Below are positions 28,500 through 41,196 of a stretch of DNA of 64,000 nucleotides, piece after piece; positions within the stretch are counted from its first letter, which is position 1, and each line of letters begins with the position of its first letter. The translations under genes were made by a program, and so were the position numbers. This DNA is from Octopus vulgaris. Lineage: Eukaryota. Under the pieces are notes generated by a model. It ran no database searches and had not been told where the DNA came from. It saw only the letters and a program-made list of their open reading frames with translations. The DNA is taken from NCBI GenBank assembly GCA_951406725.2, contig OX597820.1, positions 103,912,001-103,976,000 of the forward strand, given 5' to 3'.

Positions 28500-28503
<4 letters not shown>
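27890..28503. mobile_element. Mariner-derived foldback MITE made of two 5' ends
   Basis: TA|tgaggggagtcaaaaattatcc...ggataatttttaacttcccctca|TA. About 200 bp of 5' sequence is present in both orientations. The minus arm encodes EQRAVIRFLWSEDVTGAGIHRRL, a mariner transposase N-terminus. Confidence 0.85.
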
Positions 28504-28542
<39 letters not shown>

Positions 28543-28811
28543 TAAAAAAAGAAAGAAAATGCTTTGAGTACTTTATCATGGATAAAAGAAAGTATTTACA
28601 TTTTTATCAAAATATGCTACAGGTAATGTAACAATAGTGATAGAATTCAACTACAATAGATTTAGGTATAAAAATAACAACAAAAAAGAAAAACTGTATT
28701 TACATCGATTACAAAGTTAGGGGAAAAAAAACAGGTGATTTATTTCAAAGATTTAGTGAGAGAAAAATATTGATTTCTTTCTTAGGTACAAGGCCAGTTT
28801 TATAGAGGAGA

Positions 28812-28866
<55 letters not shown>

Positions 28867-29668
28867 CAAGTGTATAGACACCAGTATTTTACAGGTATTT
28901 ATTTTATTGGTCACATTGGGATGAAAGGCAAAGTTGACTCTGACGAGACTTCATAACTTAGTAGAGCAATGGGACTAAAATACTTGTGAGGAGGTACGTA
29001 GTCATCTGCTCTGTTTTTGACTATTAATTGACTTACCAATTTTAGTCAAAGGGGAAAATATGGAACAAAAGAACAAAACATTATATAAGAAAGAAATGCC
29101 AATTTCATGAACTTGTGAAAAGGGGGGAAAAAAAAAAGATTGGTGTGGAATTTCTTAGGGTAAAAATATGCTCAATACTTTAAATAAAATGGCTAGAGTC
29201 AGATAAACTCTATGCATTATTTTATTATTGTCATCATCATAATCATCTTTTATATCAGAATTTTGTTTTGCCCTATTTCTGTGCATAATACATACATACA
29301 AATGTGTGTGCGTGTGTATATACATACACAGATATATACATACATCATATATATAGAATTAAATGTAGGTATAAGCAAGTTAGACAGATCTATATGTAAA
29401 GTATATTAGATAAATGAAATACAAAGAATGTATATATGTATATATATAAAAAAAGGTCTGACTGAGATCCCTATCTCTATATGGAACTTTTCCTGTAAGT
29501 TGGACCTTTCTATATTTTTACATATACACACATTTTTGTATTTCATGTATTTAATATACTCTATACATTGATCTTCTAACTTGCTTGTCCCTAGATTTAT
29601 TTCTATACCCCCAAGTTTAAATCTTTTGAGTACCACTAAGTGTATACAGAGAATATCTGTATATCCAT

Positions 29669-29704
<36 letters not shown>

Positions 29705-30076
29705 AAATTATGCATTTACAAGAATAGTGATAAGAGTGACTTTGAAATATCAACTTTCTAGCTTTGATCAGACAATCCAAAAAAGGCCAGCAGGTTGAAA
29801 CTTTGATGTTACTGTCTCCCCTATTCTTGTAAATTATAATAAATATGCACTTTTACAAGAGTATTGAGTAATCCTTCAGTCTAATGTTAAATTGTTTTTA
29901 TTATAACTTGATATAAAAAAACAAACATTTATACATATAGGTTTGTTGAGCAAACAAGATGAATAGAACTTAAATGCATATCTATAGGTATTTTTTATTA
30001 TATCTAATCAACAAATGTTACAAGAGTGGCTTAAAGTAGCTCTAACTTCTGGTAATCAAAATTAATATACATACAC

Positions 30077-30134
<58 letters not shown>

Positions 30135-30255
30135 CATATATACATGTGTATGTATATTATATGTGTGTATATATATATATAATGGTGTTATTGAGACCCA
30201 AAGGTGTTAGGTAATGCTGAATAAGTGCTATATGACTTAATTTTCCTCTCACACC

Positions 30256-30307
30256 GTCTCTGATGAAGGGATATTATTAATTAATATCCTAGAAACAGCT
30301 GTAAGAC
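30256..30307 (+). ncRNA. Type I minimal hammerhead ribozyme (PLE-derived)
   Basis: gtct-CTGATGA-ag[ggatatta ttaat taatatcc]ta-GAAA-cagctg-TA-agac. Stem I gtct/agac, palindromic stem III acagctgt, GUA cleavage triplet. Confidence 0.8.
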
Positions 30308-30383
30308 CTTCTATCTATAAATGCTCTAATATCTATACACCCTTGGTTTTTTTATCGTATTACACAAAAAATTCTTTTGTATG

Positions 30384-30422
<39 letters not shown>

Positions 30423-30939
30423 ATTTTGCTAAAATTAACTCCATTTACATTACTTCATGTTTTATGATGAAAAATGTTGATGCAAAACTTTCAATGAACA
30501 TGAAAAATGTAGTCAATTTTAGCTATAATATACTTAATTAATGTGCCAGCATATTAGTTACTATTTACTTTGTTCATATAACTACTTATAAACATAGTAT
30601 AGTACTCTTGTTCTCTCTCTATATACATATATATGTGTGTGTGTATGTGTGTAAGTGTTCGTGAGTGCATTAATGTTTGTGCTTATGTCAAGTTACACGT
30701 GAACAAAATTTAAATTAAACTCAAGGAGAACTCAATAGTTTTCAGTATAGTTCATATTTTTAATTTTTACAAAGTAAAGTTTGACAGTGGCTTGAAAGTT
30801 TTGGCTCATGGCATTTCAATGATGGCAATCAAACCAAAATTTTGAAGTTACAGTCAATAAGCTTTTCTTTGTAAAAACTTATGTTATTTAAAATAGTTTG
30901 ATCCAATTCTATATGACTTAAAGTTTTGCAGGCCTCTAA

Positions 30940-31240
30940 CGGCTCCCATGACTTTAGGAAACATTTTTTCATGCTGAGAGTTGCTGAAGCATTGAACAAA
31001 CTGCCGGCATCAGTTGTTAGTTGTCGGAGCACTGCATCCTTCAAAACTTCCATGCTTCCTGAGATTCGCCAACACTACACCTGATTTTCTCCCCTCCATA
31101 CACACACAAGCATGTATCTGACTCATACACTGTTCACTTCCCAGACATTTGTACATTACTGCATATACTCTATACGCACTTTTGACAAGTTGTGGTGCAC
31201 CTGAGCACTGTATACAATAATTTCATTATTATTATTATTA
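30940..31240 (+). mobile_element. CR1/L2-type LINE 3' end
   Basis: RKHFFMLRVAEA.NKLPASVV...ASFK motif, then a 3' UTR ending tatacaataatttc(att)n. The same tail occurs at about 16020-16090 and 37217-37255. Confidence 0.75.
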
Positions 31241-32250
31241 TATAGAAGCCAATCTTTCAGGTTATAGATTACCAGATTTATAGCCTAAAAGAGATGGACT
31301 TCTGTTAGGGGCCTGCAAAACTTTACGTCATATAGAACTGGATCAAACTATTTTCAATAATAAATGTAACACCTACTTAATGTGTCGAGTGCCCTTATCT
31401 TCTGTTTGCCCACTAGTTCATATGTGTGTGTAAAATGAAAGCGATGAATACGACAGAAGACAACACAGGATGGACAAGTCTTAACAAATGTTGTATTAGT
31501 TTAACAGGTTAAAGGAAGGGAGAGAGTCTTGACATTTCAGACACTTGCCCTTCATGATAAGCAAAATATATACGGAAAATAAAGGGAGTGATTGAGAAAA
31601 AGTGGTTTGGAGGAAGAAAAAAAAGTGAGGGCTTTAGGGGGCTGTATGTATGTATGCATGTATGTAAAAACGTATATATATACACATATATTTCTATGTA
31701 TGCACATTCATATACATATTCGACTTCTTTTGTTATTTTTTGCCACTACATTATATTGAAGGTGTTTATTTATTGACTCCAAAATTAATATTTAAATAAG
31801 GCTACACTTGAAGAAAGATAAAGAAAAGCAGAAAACAAAATCACGTGATTCTATTGTCCTCTGTGTAAATTTTCATGTTATAATAATTTCCAACAACCAG
31901 TGAAACGAAGAAACTCTTGTATTCCAGCATCTTAAGCTTCTTTATGGATTCCTGCTGTAGCAACAGTTCCTTGCTTATTTCACACCATTATTCTCTTAAC
32001 TAGTAAAGAAAATAGAATCAGATGTGAAAAGTTAAATAATAATTTAGTGACTAGTTTCAAAATAATTATTTTCTGTTTGTCTGTCTGTCTTGCATATTCT
32101 TTTACCCAATCTCTCTCACTCTCTCTTCCTTTCTCTCTCTCCCTCTCCTCTTTCTCTCCTTCCCACTCTGTCTCTTTCTCTCTCACTTTCTCTATCTCTT
32201 TCTCTTTTTTGTTTGTTTGTCCTTCTTTCCCACTTCTCTCTCCCTATTTT

Positions 32251-32296
<46 letters not shown>

Positions 32297-33158
32297 TTTG
32301 TACATCCATTCATATGCATACTCAGTTCAATACACAAATTATACAACAGCTATCAAACAGACAAATGCATCATCAAAAACCCCACCATAAAAACAACACA
32401 AAATACATTTCACCAAACCATAAACTAGAACTAACAATATACTACAAAAACACACAATTCAAAACCCTACTTATCAATAACACACCACAGGTATGTAAAT
32501 ATGCGAAGTTACTGATGCTCAATATAAACTGGAATATAAAACAGAAATTTGTAAACTTCATGACTCCAACTTTTATATTGGCCATACTGGTACAACACTC
32601 TCTTGTGGGCTTACTATGCATTTACTATAAAGAGGAAGTGCAACACACTATACCACAAAATAAAACTAGACAGATAAATATTAATGGACAATACATCCAT
32701 ACTATATAAAGTTCCCTGCAAAATAGAAGCTTAATCATGTAAGCAGTACTCTTATCACAACATAATGCTAAATTAAACACACTAACAACAAACACACATA
32801 AAACTAACATGTAACTGCTGACAGGGAAGCATAATGGTAAAAAAAAATGGAGCAATAAAGCCTGCATGAAGCTGATGTCTTTAAAAGAAAACATAATTAC
32901 TGACATGGAAGTCTAATGGAGAAACTTTTTGGTAGTATAGTCTACATAAATTCAATTACTATAAAAGAGGGAACATGGAGGACAAACCTATTTCATATCC
33001 TGATGATAAGACTGTGAAAATATTGATTATGGAACAGGAAAACTTATTGTTCCAAAGAAACTGTAAAAAAACTTGGGGATATAAAATATCTTTAATAAGA
33101 ATGATAAAACTGAACATTGTTTTTTAACAAAGCATAGAAATACATAAGTTCTTATGTA

Positions 33159-34396
33159 TTGGGTCATCCCATAAATAATGTCGTTTTTTTCAATCGCATG
33201 AACTAAAAGTTGGAGAGAGACAGGATAAACTACCTGTATCAACTTGCTATAAAAACAAGTAGTAATTTTAACTTCTCCTTATTCTTAGTGCAAGTTTTGA
33301 AGTTTGCAGTTCAATTTTAACAGTTATTTTCTCAAAGCTATAATGGAAGTGACAAAGGAGCATATTTGGCATATCTTGCCAATAAAGTTAAATAAAGGCA
33401 ACAGTGCAATGGAAAGTGCAAGGAATATAAATGTAGTGCTAATGGTGGTTCCAGAAATTCCAAGCTGGAAACTACAGCCTAGAAGACAAGCCTCATTTGG
33501 AAGATCTTTAGAGCTTAATGAGGATGTTCTGCAAACCTTGGTGGAACAAAATCCCATCGTAAATGTTGAGGAACTTGCAGAGAAGCTTGGATTTGGTCAT
33601 TCAACCATTCATCGACTCCTGTGTGCCATTGGGAAAGTCAGCAAATTTGGTCAATGGGTTTCTTACAAAATTTCCGAGTCTAATTACATGCAGAGAGTGA
33701 ATGTGTGCTCTTTTTTGCTGTCACATATCATGAATGTATCTTTCTTGGACTGGTGACTGGTGACAAAAAATGGGATCTCCATAAAAATGTCAAGTGCTGA
33801 AGACAGTGGGTAGGGAAAGGAGAAACACCAGCACCCCAGGCTAAAGAAGGTCTTCATCCATGTAAGGTGTTGTTATCTGTTTGGTGGGATATGAAAGGTT
33901 TAGTCCACCCAAACCAAATAATAACAATGGAGATCTACTGCAAGCAGCTTGAATGGCTTAAGTCAATGATAGAAGAAAAACCACCGTCTCTGGTTTCAAG
34001 ACAAAAGGTGTCTTGTTCTTCCATCAGAACAATGTTCGGCCACATACAGCGAGGATGACATTCCAAAGGCTGGAGCAGTTTGAATGGGAAACAATGCCCC
34101 ATCCACCATATTCATCAGACATTGCCCCATCTGATTATCATTTATCCCATAGTCTTCAAAATCATTCGGACAGAAAAAATATGAATTCTGTAGATGAGGT
34201 CAGAACAGTACAGGAGGAGTATTTTTCATCATGGACAGGTGAATTTTGGAAGAAGGGCCTTGCAAGTCTTCCAGATTGATGGAAGAGCATTGTGGAAAAT
34301 GAAGGCGAGTATAGTTTGGATTAAAAATGAACTTTATCCTAATTTTGAAAAATAAAAGAAGTATCAAAAAATTGTATTATTTATGGGATGACCTAA
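33159..34396 (+). mobile_element. Degenerate full-length mariner transposon
   Basis: TA-flanked TIRs ttgggtcatcccataaataat / attatttatgggatgacctaa. Frameshifted transposase: EELAEKLG, WVSYKI (WVPHEL-like), VTGDKKW, LSVWWD, HQNNVRPH, HPPYSSDIAPSDYHL. Confidence 0.93.
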
Positions 34397-35752
34397 TACA
34401 TATAAATGCATGTGCCTGTGTGCATATGAACATGTCTTAAAGATTCTTAAACATTTTGGTCCTCCTTTATCACTATACTCTATACCTCTACCTCACTGTC
34501 TTTTATCAGCATTAAACAGAAGATTGTCATTCATAGATATTTAAAGAGATGTTTTATATTGCCCTAAAGTTATAGGTCATAAGAAACTTATATAGATGAT
34601 GAGGAAAAGCTCAATATATGATTGATACTTATCATAAGGATCTCAGATGGGTGAAAGTCAAAACTGACCTCGGTGATAACACTGTGTGACAAAATTTTAA
34701 TCGTGCTACCCAAGAACAAAAATCGTGTTACAAAGTGTTATTGAATTGAGATTGTAGAGGGAAGGGGTTTAACACTGGTACTATTTCTGCCATCTTGTCA
34801 CCTTTGGACAATAAAAGCAAAAGAGGCTTCTCATAATACTCACTTAAATAATAATAATGCCCCTTCCACCACCATCACAGGAATTGAGAGCAAATGCAGC
34901 TATTTTGAGAACAATTGATGAGTCAACAGAAAAATCCATGAGTTGGAAGGAGCCTTGATCTGAGCACACAACCTACAAAAAATAGCAACTTAATCTCTTT
35001 CAAATTACATGTCATCATCATCATCATCATCACCATCACCATGTGTGATAGTCATACCAGAGTCTTAGTGACTGTCCCATTGTACTGAGGTAAAATTGGG
35101 TGTGTCTTGATGGAAAGAGATAGTGCGACTGGTTTCCCCAAGAGTTTTTCACAATGTGATGCTGCTGATTCTGAGAGAGGAAGAGAGAGAGAGAGATGGG
35201 GTAATGAGAGAAAGTGGGAGAGGAAAAGAGGAATCGGACTGAGTATTAGAATTGTACTTTCTTTCATCAACTGTAGAAAGATGAAAAGCAAAGTTGACCT
35301 CTGTGTGATTTGAACTCCTGATGCAAAGAGTCAGAACAAATACCACAAAATGTCTGTGCCTTAACAGTTCTGCCAATTGCCAATCATATCAAGTATCTTC
35401 TAAAAAGCAAGAACACATCAGATTAGTCCTAGACACTCATTGTTTGATCATAGGGTTCTGCTCAGTCAGAGACGACCTTGGGCTAAACAACAACAACAGC
35501 AACAACAACCATGTATGTATAATTAAACAAACAAATAATCCTTTCTACTATAGGCCAAGGTCTGGAATTTGGGGTAGGAGGACAGTCGATTACATCGACC
35601 CTAGTCCTCAACTGGTACTTATTTTATCGACCTTGAAATGATGAAAGGTAAAGTCAACCCAGTGGAATTTGAACTCAGAACTTAATGATGGACAAAATGC
35701 TGCTAAGCATTCTGCTCAATGTGCTAATGATTCTGCCAGCTTGATGTTTATA

Positions 35753-36971
35753 TCAGGTCATTAAGAATGAAATGACTGATTTTGAACTGAAAGTTTATTT
35801 TACTTTATCTCAACAAAAACCTATGCAGTTAAAGTATGCACCTAAATTATCAACACACTTTTGCTGTTTTATTGGTAGGTTATTTATGCTGGCAGTGAAA
35901 CATTCTGGAGCATAAGAGATGATGAAATCATGAAAGGCTGTTTTTGCATCTTCAGATTTGATGTTTTTTTCTTTGTAAAAAGTTGTCTAATGCCTGGAAA
36001 ATGTGATAATCAGTTGGTGCATGGTCTGGTGGATATGGTGGATGACAGAGTACTTCCAAGTTCAGTTTCTGTAATTTGAGTAGTGTTTTTTGAGCAACTT
36101 ATGGTCAAGCATTGTCTTGCAAGAGAATTGACCTGTTTCTATTGACCAATCTGGATTGTTTAATTGCAAGTTCACTCCTTATTTCATTCAGTTGACTTAC
36201 CAGGTCTCATGAAGCTGTAGTGGATGACATCAGTGCTGGACCACCAAACAGACACCATTAGCCCTTTTTGGTGAATATTCTTTTTTGGATTGTGTTTTGG
36301 CACCGTGCAGAACACTTACTATTGTTGCTATTGTTGAAAAGAATCCACTTTTCATCACACGTAACAATACAATGCAAAAATGGTTCACTTTTTTGCTGTG
36401 ACAGCAAAGAACAGCAAGTTTTAAGACGATGTGTCATTTGATGCTTGTTCAGTTCATGTCGTATTCATTTGTCCAGCTTCTTGCTAATTTGTTTCAGAAG
36501 ATCCAATACAATTGGAATTGAAACATCAAACCTTGCTGCTAACTCACACATTGTTTGAGATGTATCTGCTTCCACTATAGCTTCCAGCTCATCATTATCC
36601 ACCTTGGTCTCAGGTATACCATGGGGCTGATTTTCAAGAGTAAAGTCACTACACTGGAACTTCTCAAACCATTGACGTACAGTGCACTCATTTGCCACAT
36701 CTTCTCAAAACACCTCATTGATGTTTCAAGCTGTTTGGGTAGCATTAGTTCCATGACAGAACTCATATTCCATAAACAACACAAATTTTTTCATCTATCC
36801 ATGGGTTCAGAAAACTCACAATATGACCAGACACCATGAATGCTTTTCAAAAAGTGATGATATAATTCTTAAATGTTGTGAAACAAAGAATTGTCAGGAT
36901 AAGATATTACAGTTAACAACTGCTGAACTTGGTGCATAAGAAAATCAGACATTTCATTCTTGATGACTTGA
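35753..36971 (-). mobile_element. Degenerate full-length mariner transposon (second family)
   Basis: TA-flanked TIRs tcaggtcattaagaatgaaatg / catttcattcttgatgacttga. Transposase remnant ANECTVRQWFEKF...VDNDELEAIVEADTSQT..ELAARFDVS. Confidence 0.9.
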
Positions 36972-37784
36972 TATATTGGCTAGAGTGAGTGGATGATCTC
37001 AGAATACTATACTTTCAAAAATTTCATGATTCCTACAACTAACCAATTACTTCTCTCAACATGTCTATACACCCTTACCTTATTTATTTTCTTTTACCAT
37101 TCCATTTTCTGTCTTTTTATGTTCTATTCAATGTATTGTGCATGCATTTTTGGCTATCCTCACTGTCTTCCTTTATTCAACTTACTGCCACTTACTGCCC
37201 TTTATTACCCTTTTCTGACAAGTAGTGCACCTGAGCTCTGTATACAATAAACTTATTAATATATCCTTTCACAGTCAATAAAATATGTATTAATTGAGCA
37301 CTGAAGTCAATGTAATTGATTTAGCCCCTTCCCCAAAGTTTCAAGTGTTTTTTGCCTATTCTAGACAGAATTATTATTATCATCAATGCCATTATTGCTT
37401 TGTTGGCTTATCCAAGATGAGTCTTAATCAAGCACACCTATGAACAAAAGTGTCCCATCTTCCAAGAACCAGTGTTTAATTTTCCTCAGGTATAGAGTAT
37501 CCTGGACCACATTATCCAACAATTCTTTCCTTTTATAAGATGATTTGATAAAAATTTGGTTGTTATTTCTAGCCAGATGAATGCTGGCATAGAAGCTCCC
37601 TTGTTTGTTCATGCTGGTGATTGCTTATTAATAGAGGGGAATGAAAGAAAGTAAGAATGATAACATTTATTTCTGAGGGTAAGCTGACAGCAAGTAATGA
37701 AAAGTAAAGATGAAAAGACTTACCTGTAGCTTAGAGTATCACTGTGGCAAGTAACAGCATTGGTAAGGGAAGTGGAGCAGGTGA

Positions 37785-38051
37785 TTATTCCTTCTGAATG
37801 GCAATTGGATAGTTGGCAGCTAACTCATTTGATTCCAATGGACATTGGATACTGAGAACACCATCATTAGAAAGAGTAGCTCTCAGATTATCTGAGTTTG
37901 TGCCATCTGGGAGTGTGTATTGCCGAGAGAAGACATGATAGATGCTGGAACTGGCTGTTTTCTGGTCGTGTTTTGCGTGGATGGTCAGTTGGTTATCAAT
38001 TGTTTTGATGGTAATTTCATCAGGTTTAAATGGACTGACGTCAAGTTGTAC
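37785..38051 (-). CDS. Small heat-shock protein, coding exon 2 (alpha-crystallin domain)
   Basis: Acceptor ttgcag at 38054-38052, then VQLDVSPFKPDEITIK...HAKH...FSRQYTLP...LSNDGVLSI...YPIAIQKE*. These are typical alpha-crystallin motifs plus a C-terminal IxI motif. Length 267 nt including stop. Confidence 0.93.
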   Translation of the reverse strand, partial: VQLDVSPFKPDEITIKTIDNQLTIHAKHDQKTASSSIYHVFSRQYTLPDGTNSDNLRATLSNDGVLSIQCPLESNELAANYPIAIQKE

Positions 38052-38816
38052 CTGCAACAATGACAAACAGTTATCTAGTTTAAACAAGCCAGGTCGATTT
38101 TGCTTTTCATCCTTTTGAAGTTGATGAAATAAGTACCAGGGAAGCACTGGAGTTGGTGTAATTGACTGGCCTATCTCCTAACAAATTTTAGGCCTTGTGC
38201 CTCTAGTAGAAAGGGTTATCTATAAGGAGAATTTCTCTTCTGAGACAGTTACCATAGCAAAAGGTTTATCCAAGTTTGAGTTTACGTAAGTATGTTAAAT
38301 ATGAACATATATAGCTTTGTTTTAATCTTTATTGATAAATGTGCCTTTAATTAATAATTAAGCAATTTTGCAGCACTCCATCCACCTGCTTGTCTGTCTG
38401 TCTGTCTTTTTCTATATTTCTCTCTACTCTCATTCTGTTTTCTCAACTCTCTCCCTCATTTCTATCTCTCTATCACTTGTATTGATTTTGATTCATGTCT
38501 GATAGTTCAGCAATTTTGCCACACTACATCCTTCTTGCACATGGTACAGTGCTAAAATATGGCTTCAAATGCCAGGCCCTTGAGTTTAGTGACCTTTTGT
38601 GGTGAACTCACATATAAAATTTTGCTAAGACCACAACCTATACACTGGGTCGCCTCTTCAGAATCAGAAATTGCTCTGATCGTTTGCTGATGAAAAGACC
38701 TTTATATGGCTTGGCATAGATTGCTTGCAAATAAGAAGCTAATGAACTGAATAATTGGAGTTTTGCAATTAGTGGTCAATCAAATAACAGGTAAGTGATG
38801 ATGATGTTCTATATCT

Positions 38817-39050
38817 GTTTCTTTATTACTCACAAGGAGCTAAACACAGAGGGGACAAACAAGGACAGACAAACGGATTAAGTCGATTACATCGACCCCA
38901 GTGCGTAACCGGTACTTAATTTATTGACCCTGAAAAGATGAAAGGCAAAGTTGACCTTGGCGGAATTTGAACTCAGAACGTAACAGCAGACGAAATACGG
39001 CTACGCATTTCGCCCGGCGTGCTACCGATTCTGCCAGCTCACCGCCTTCA
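38817..39050 (-). mobile_element. SINE in the sHSP intron with a TSD of about 22 bp
   Basis: agtgatgatgatgttctatatc on both sides (about 38794-38815 and 39052-39073). Confidence 0.88.
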
Positions 39051-39180
39051 TAGTGATGATGATGTTCTATATCAAAGGACACATAGGCAAACATGTAAAA
39101 AACAGAGTTTTCTCACCTACAAAATCTACAAACATTTGTAACAGCATAACCACCATTTGCAGCAATAATTATATTCTTAC

Positions 39181-39423
39181 CTGAAAACATTTGTCACCAT
39201 CTGGGCCAACAACAATAGGATCACGAAATTTATCCAATGGTGTACTGGATTCAACACCAAAATCATCACTTGGGTTCATTCGAAGCATTGCAGTACGCAT
39301 TGATTGTATGTCACGGTGCATCTGATCGACTTGGACATTCATTTCTCGAAACAGGCTGTCAAAGAATGGCACATCACTAAGGGTTGGCGTCACCACTCGC
39401 TCATTTTGGTTGGATGCAGACAT
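39181..39423 (-). CDS. Small heat-shock protein (HSP20/alpha-crystallin family), coding exon 1
   Basis: ATG at 39423-39421; encodes MSASNQNERVV...FRDPIVVGPDGDKCFQ (81 codons). Ends at donor CAG|GTAAGA (intron starts 39180), phase 0, joining in frame to the alpha-crystallin exon. An upstream acceptor (tttttacag, 39517-39515) suggests a further 5' UTR exon. Confidence 0.88.
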
Positions 39424-39711
39424 GTTATTGAGACTAGGCAGTAGGACAAGTTGCCCCAATGTTGGATCTGTTGTGGATGGAGCCACCTATGGCTCCTTAC
39501 CTACATTAGATGTCCTGTAAAAATATATAAATAAAAATAATTTCTAATATAAAGCAACAGCAGCAACCGTAATAATAATAATCTTTCCTACTAATTTTTA
39601 TATCCATTTTATAAATTTAGAAGAACATATGTATATATTTGATTTTCAGTGTGGTTTTTAATTATGTTCCTCTAGTTTCCACTTGCATTGCCTCCATTCA
39701 GATTATAAATA

Positions 39712-39848
<137 letters not shown>

Positions 39849-39945
39849 GTACCAGTTACGCACTGGGGTCGATGTAGTCAACTTAATCCCTTTGTCTGTC
39901 CTTGTTTGTCCCCTCTATGTTTAGCCCCTTGTGGGTAGTAAAGAA

Positions 39946-39977
<32 letters not shown>

Positions 39978-40133
39978 AAAAAATATCCAGTGAAATCCAT
40001 GAAAGTAGAGTCAATATATCAAGTGGTAATCTGGGTAGAGTACTGGTATTTAGTTGAACTCAGAAAGTGAAGACAGACAAAATGCCACTAAGTATATTGT
40101 TCGGCATGCTAACGATTCTACCAGCTTGTCACC

Positions 40134-40134
<1 letters not shown>

Positions 40135-40200
<66 letters not shown>

Positions 40201-40270
40201 TAATAATAATAATAACAACAACAACAACAATAACAACAACAACAACAACAATAATTATTATTATTATAAT
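40135..40270. repeat. (AAT)n/(AAC)n microsatellite
   Basis: Direct reading. Confidence 0.97.
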
Positions 40271-40619
40271 CCTTTCTACTAAAGGCACAAGGCCTGAAAT
40301 TTGGGGGTAGATGAGGAGAGATGCAGAAAGTTCGGGAAGTGGTTAAGATATGCAAGTCCAAAGAGTAGACAGTTAAGGCAGGTTAAAAGTGGGGTGACCA
40401 TGTGAGTGTATAATACATAGTTGAAATTTATAGAAAAACAAAAGATGAAGACAGGTGTATGAACAACATGCAGGTATATTAGTTTGACATTCGAGAAAAA
40501 TGTAAAAGTCTTTTTATGTTTTGAGTCTATGCTCTTCAACAGAAAGGAAGAAGACAAAATAAACAAAGAAAGAATGAAAAGAACTTGTAGATTTAGCAGT
40601 CAAGCAGGGGGGTATATAT

Positions 40620-40831
40620 ATACTTATATACGTAGGGGCAAATTTTAGTAGTCGTTGGCTGTCAGGTTTGGTTGAAGAGAATCAGGTACCGCTTGGCTCT
40701 AAATTCAAAATCACGATATCAAATTAACCAGCTTTATATTTGCTGACCTAGCAGGGATAAGATAATATTATTGTTCACTGGAATTCTTTCCTATCAAGCT
40801 TGTATTAATTTTGTGACTATTCTATGACTTC

Positions 40832-40876
<45 letters not shown>

Positions 40877-41049
40877 AGTCAAAAATACTTCTGTGTCATA
40901 GAATAGTCACAAAATTAATACAAGCTTGATAGGAAAGAATTCCAGTGAACAATAATATTATCTTATCCCTGCTTATCTTATCTTATTCTTTCCTATCAAG
41001 CTTGTATTGATTTTGTGACTATTCTATGACACAGAAGTATTTTTGACTT

Positions 41050-41053
<4 letters not shown>
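40620..41053. mobile_element. Triplicated (+/-/+) PLE-like 3' end separated by (TA)n
   Basis: Near-identical copies at 40750-40836 (+), 40871-40973 (-) and 40985-41053 (+). Decayed hammerhead upstream at 40667-40723. Confidence 0.72.
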
Positions 41054-41109
<56 letters not shown>

Positions 41110-41114
41110 CTTTA

Positions 41115-41196
41115 CTCTCGACACATGTTTCGAAGACAGCATATTTTCATTCCGAAGGAATAAAGGGTGCATTATGCAATCTTCTCATCAGGAAAG
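41115..41196 (-). ncRNA. Type I hammerhead ribozyme (PLE-derived)
   Basis: Minus strand: ctttc-CTGATGA-gaaga...tcttc-GAAA-catgtg-TC-gagag. Intact core, stem I ctttc/gagag, stem II gaaga/tcttc, GUC site. Confidence 0.8.

Noticed and set aside
32047-32709. 220-aa ORF, the longest in the track
   Set aside because: Non-ATG start, built largely from CT and CA repeats and AT-rich sequence, with no recognisable motif.
32997-33030. CTGATGA...GAAA hammerhead-like motif
   Set aside because: No credible stem II between the core elements and no PLE context.
38052-38147. N-terminal part of the 37785..38147 ORF (MLPWYLFHQ...)
   Set aside because: Intronic and partly SINE-derived; the real exon begins at the acceptor before 38051.
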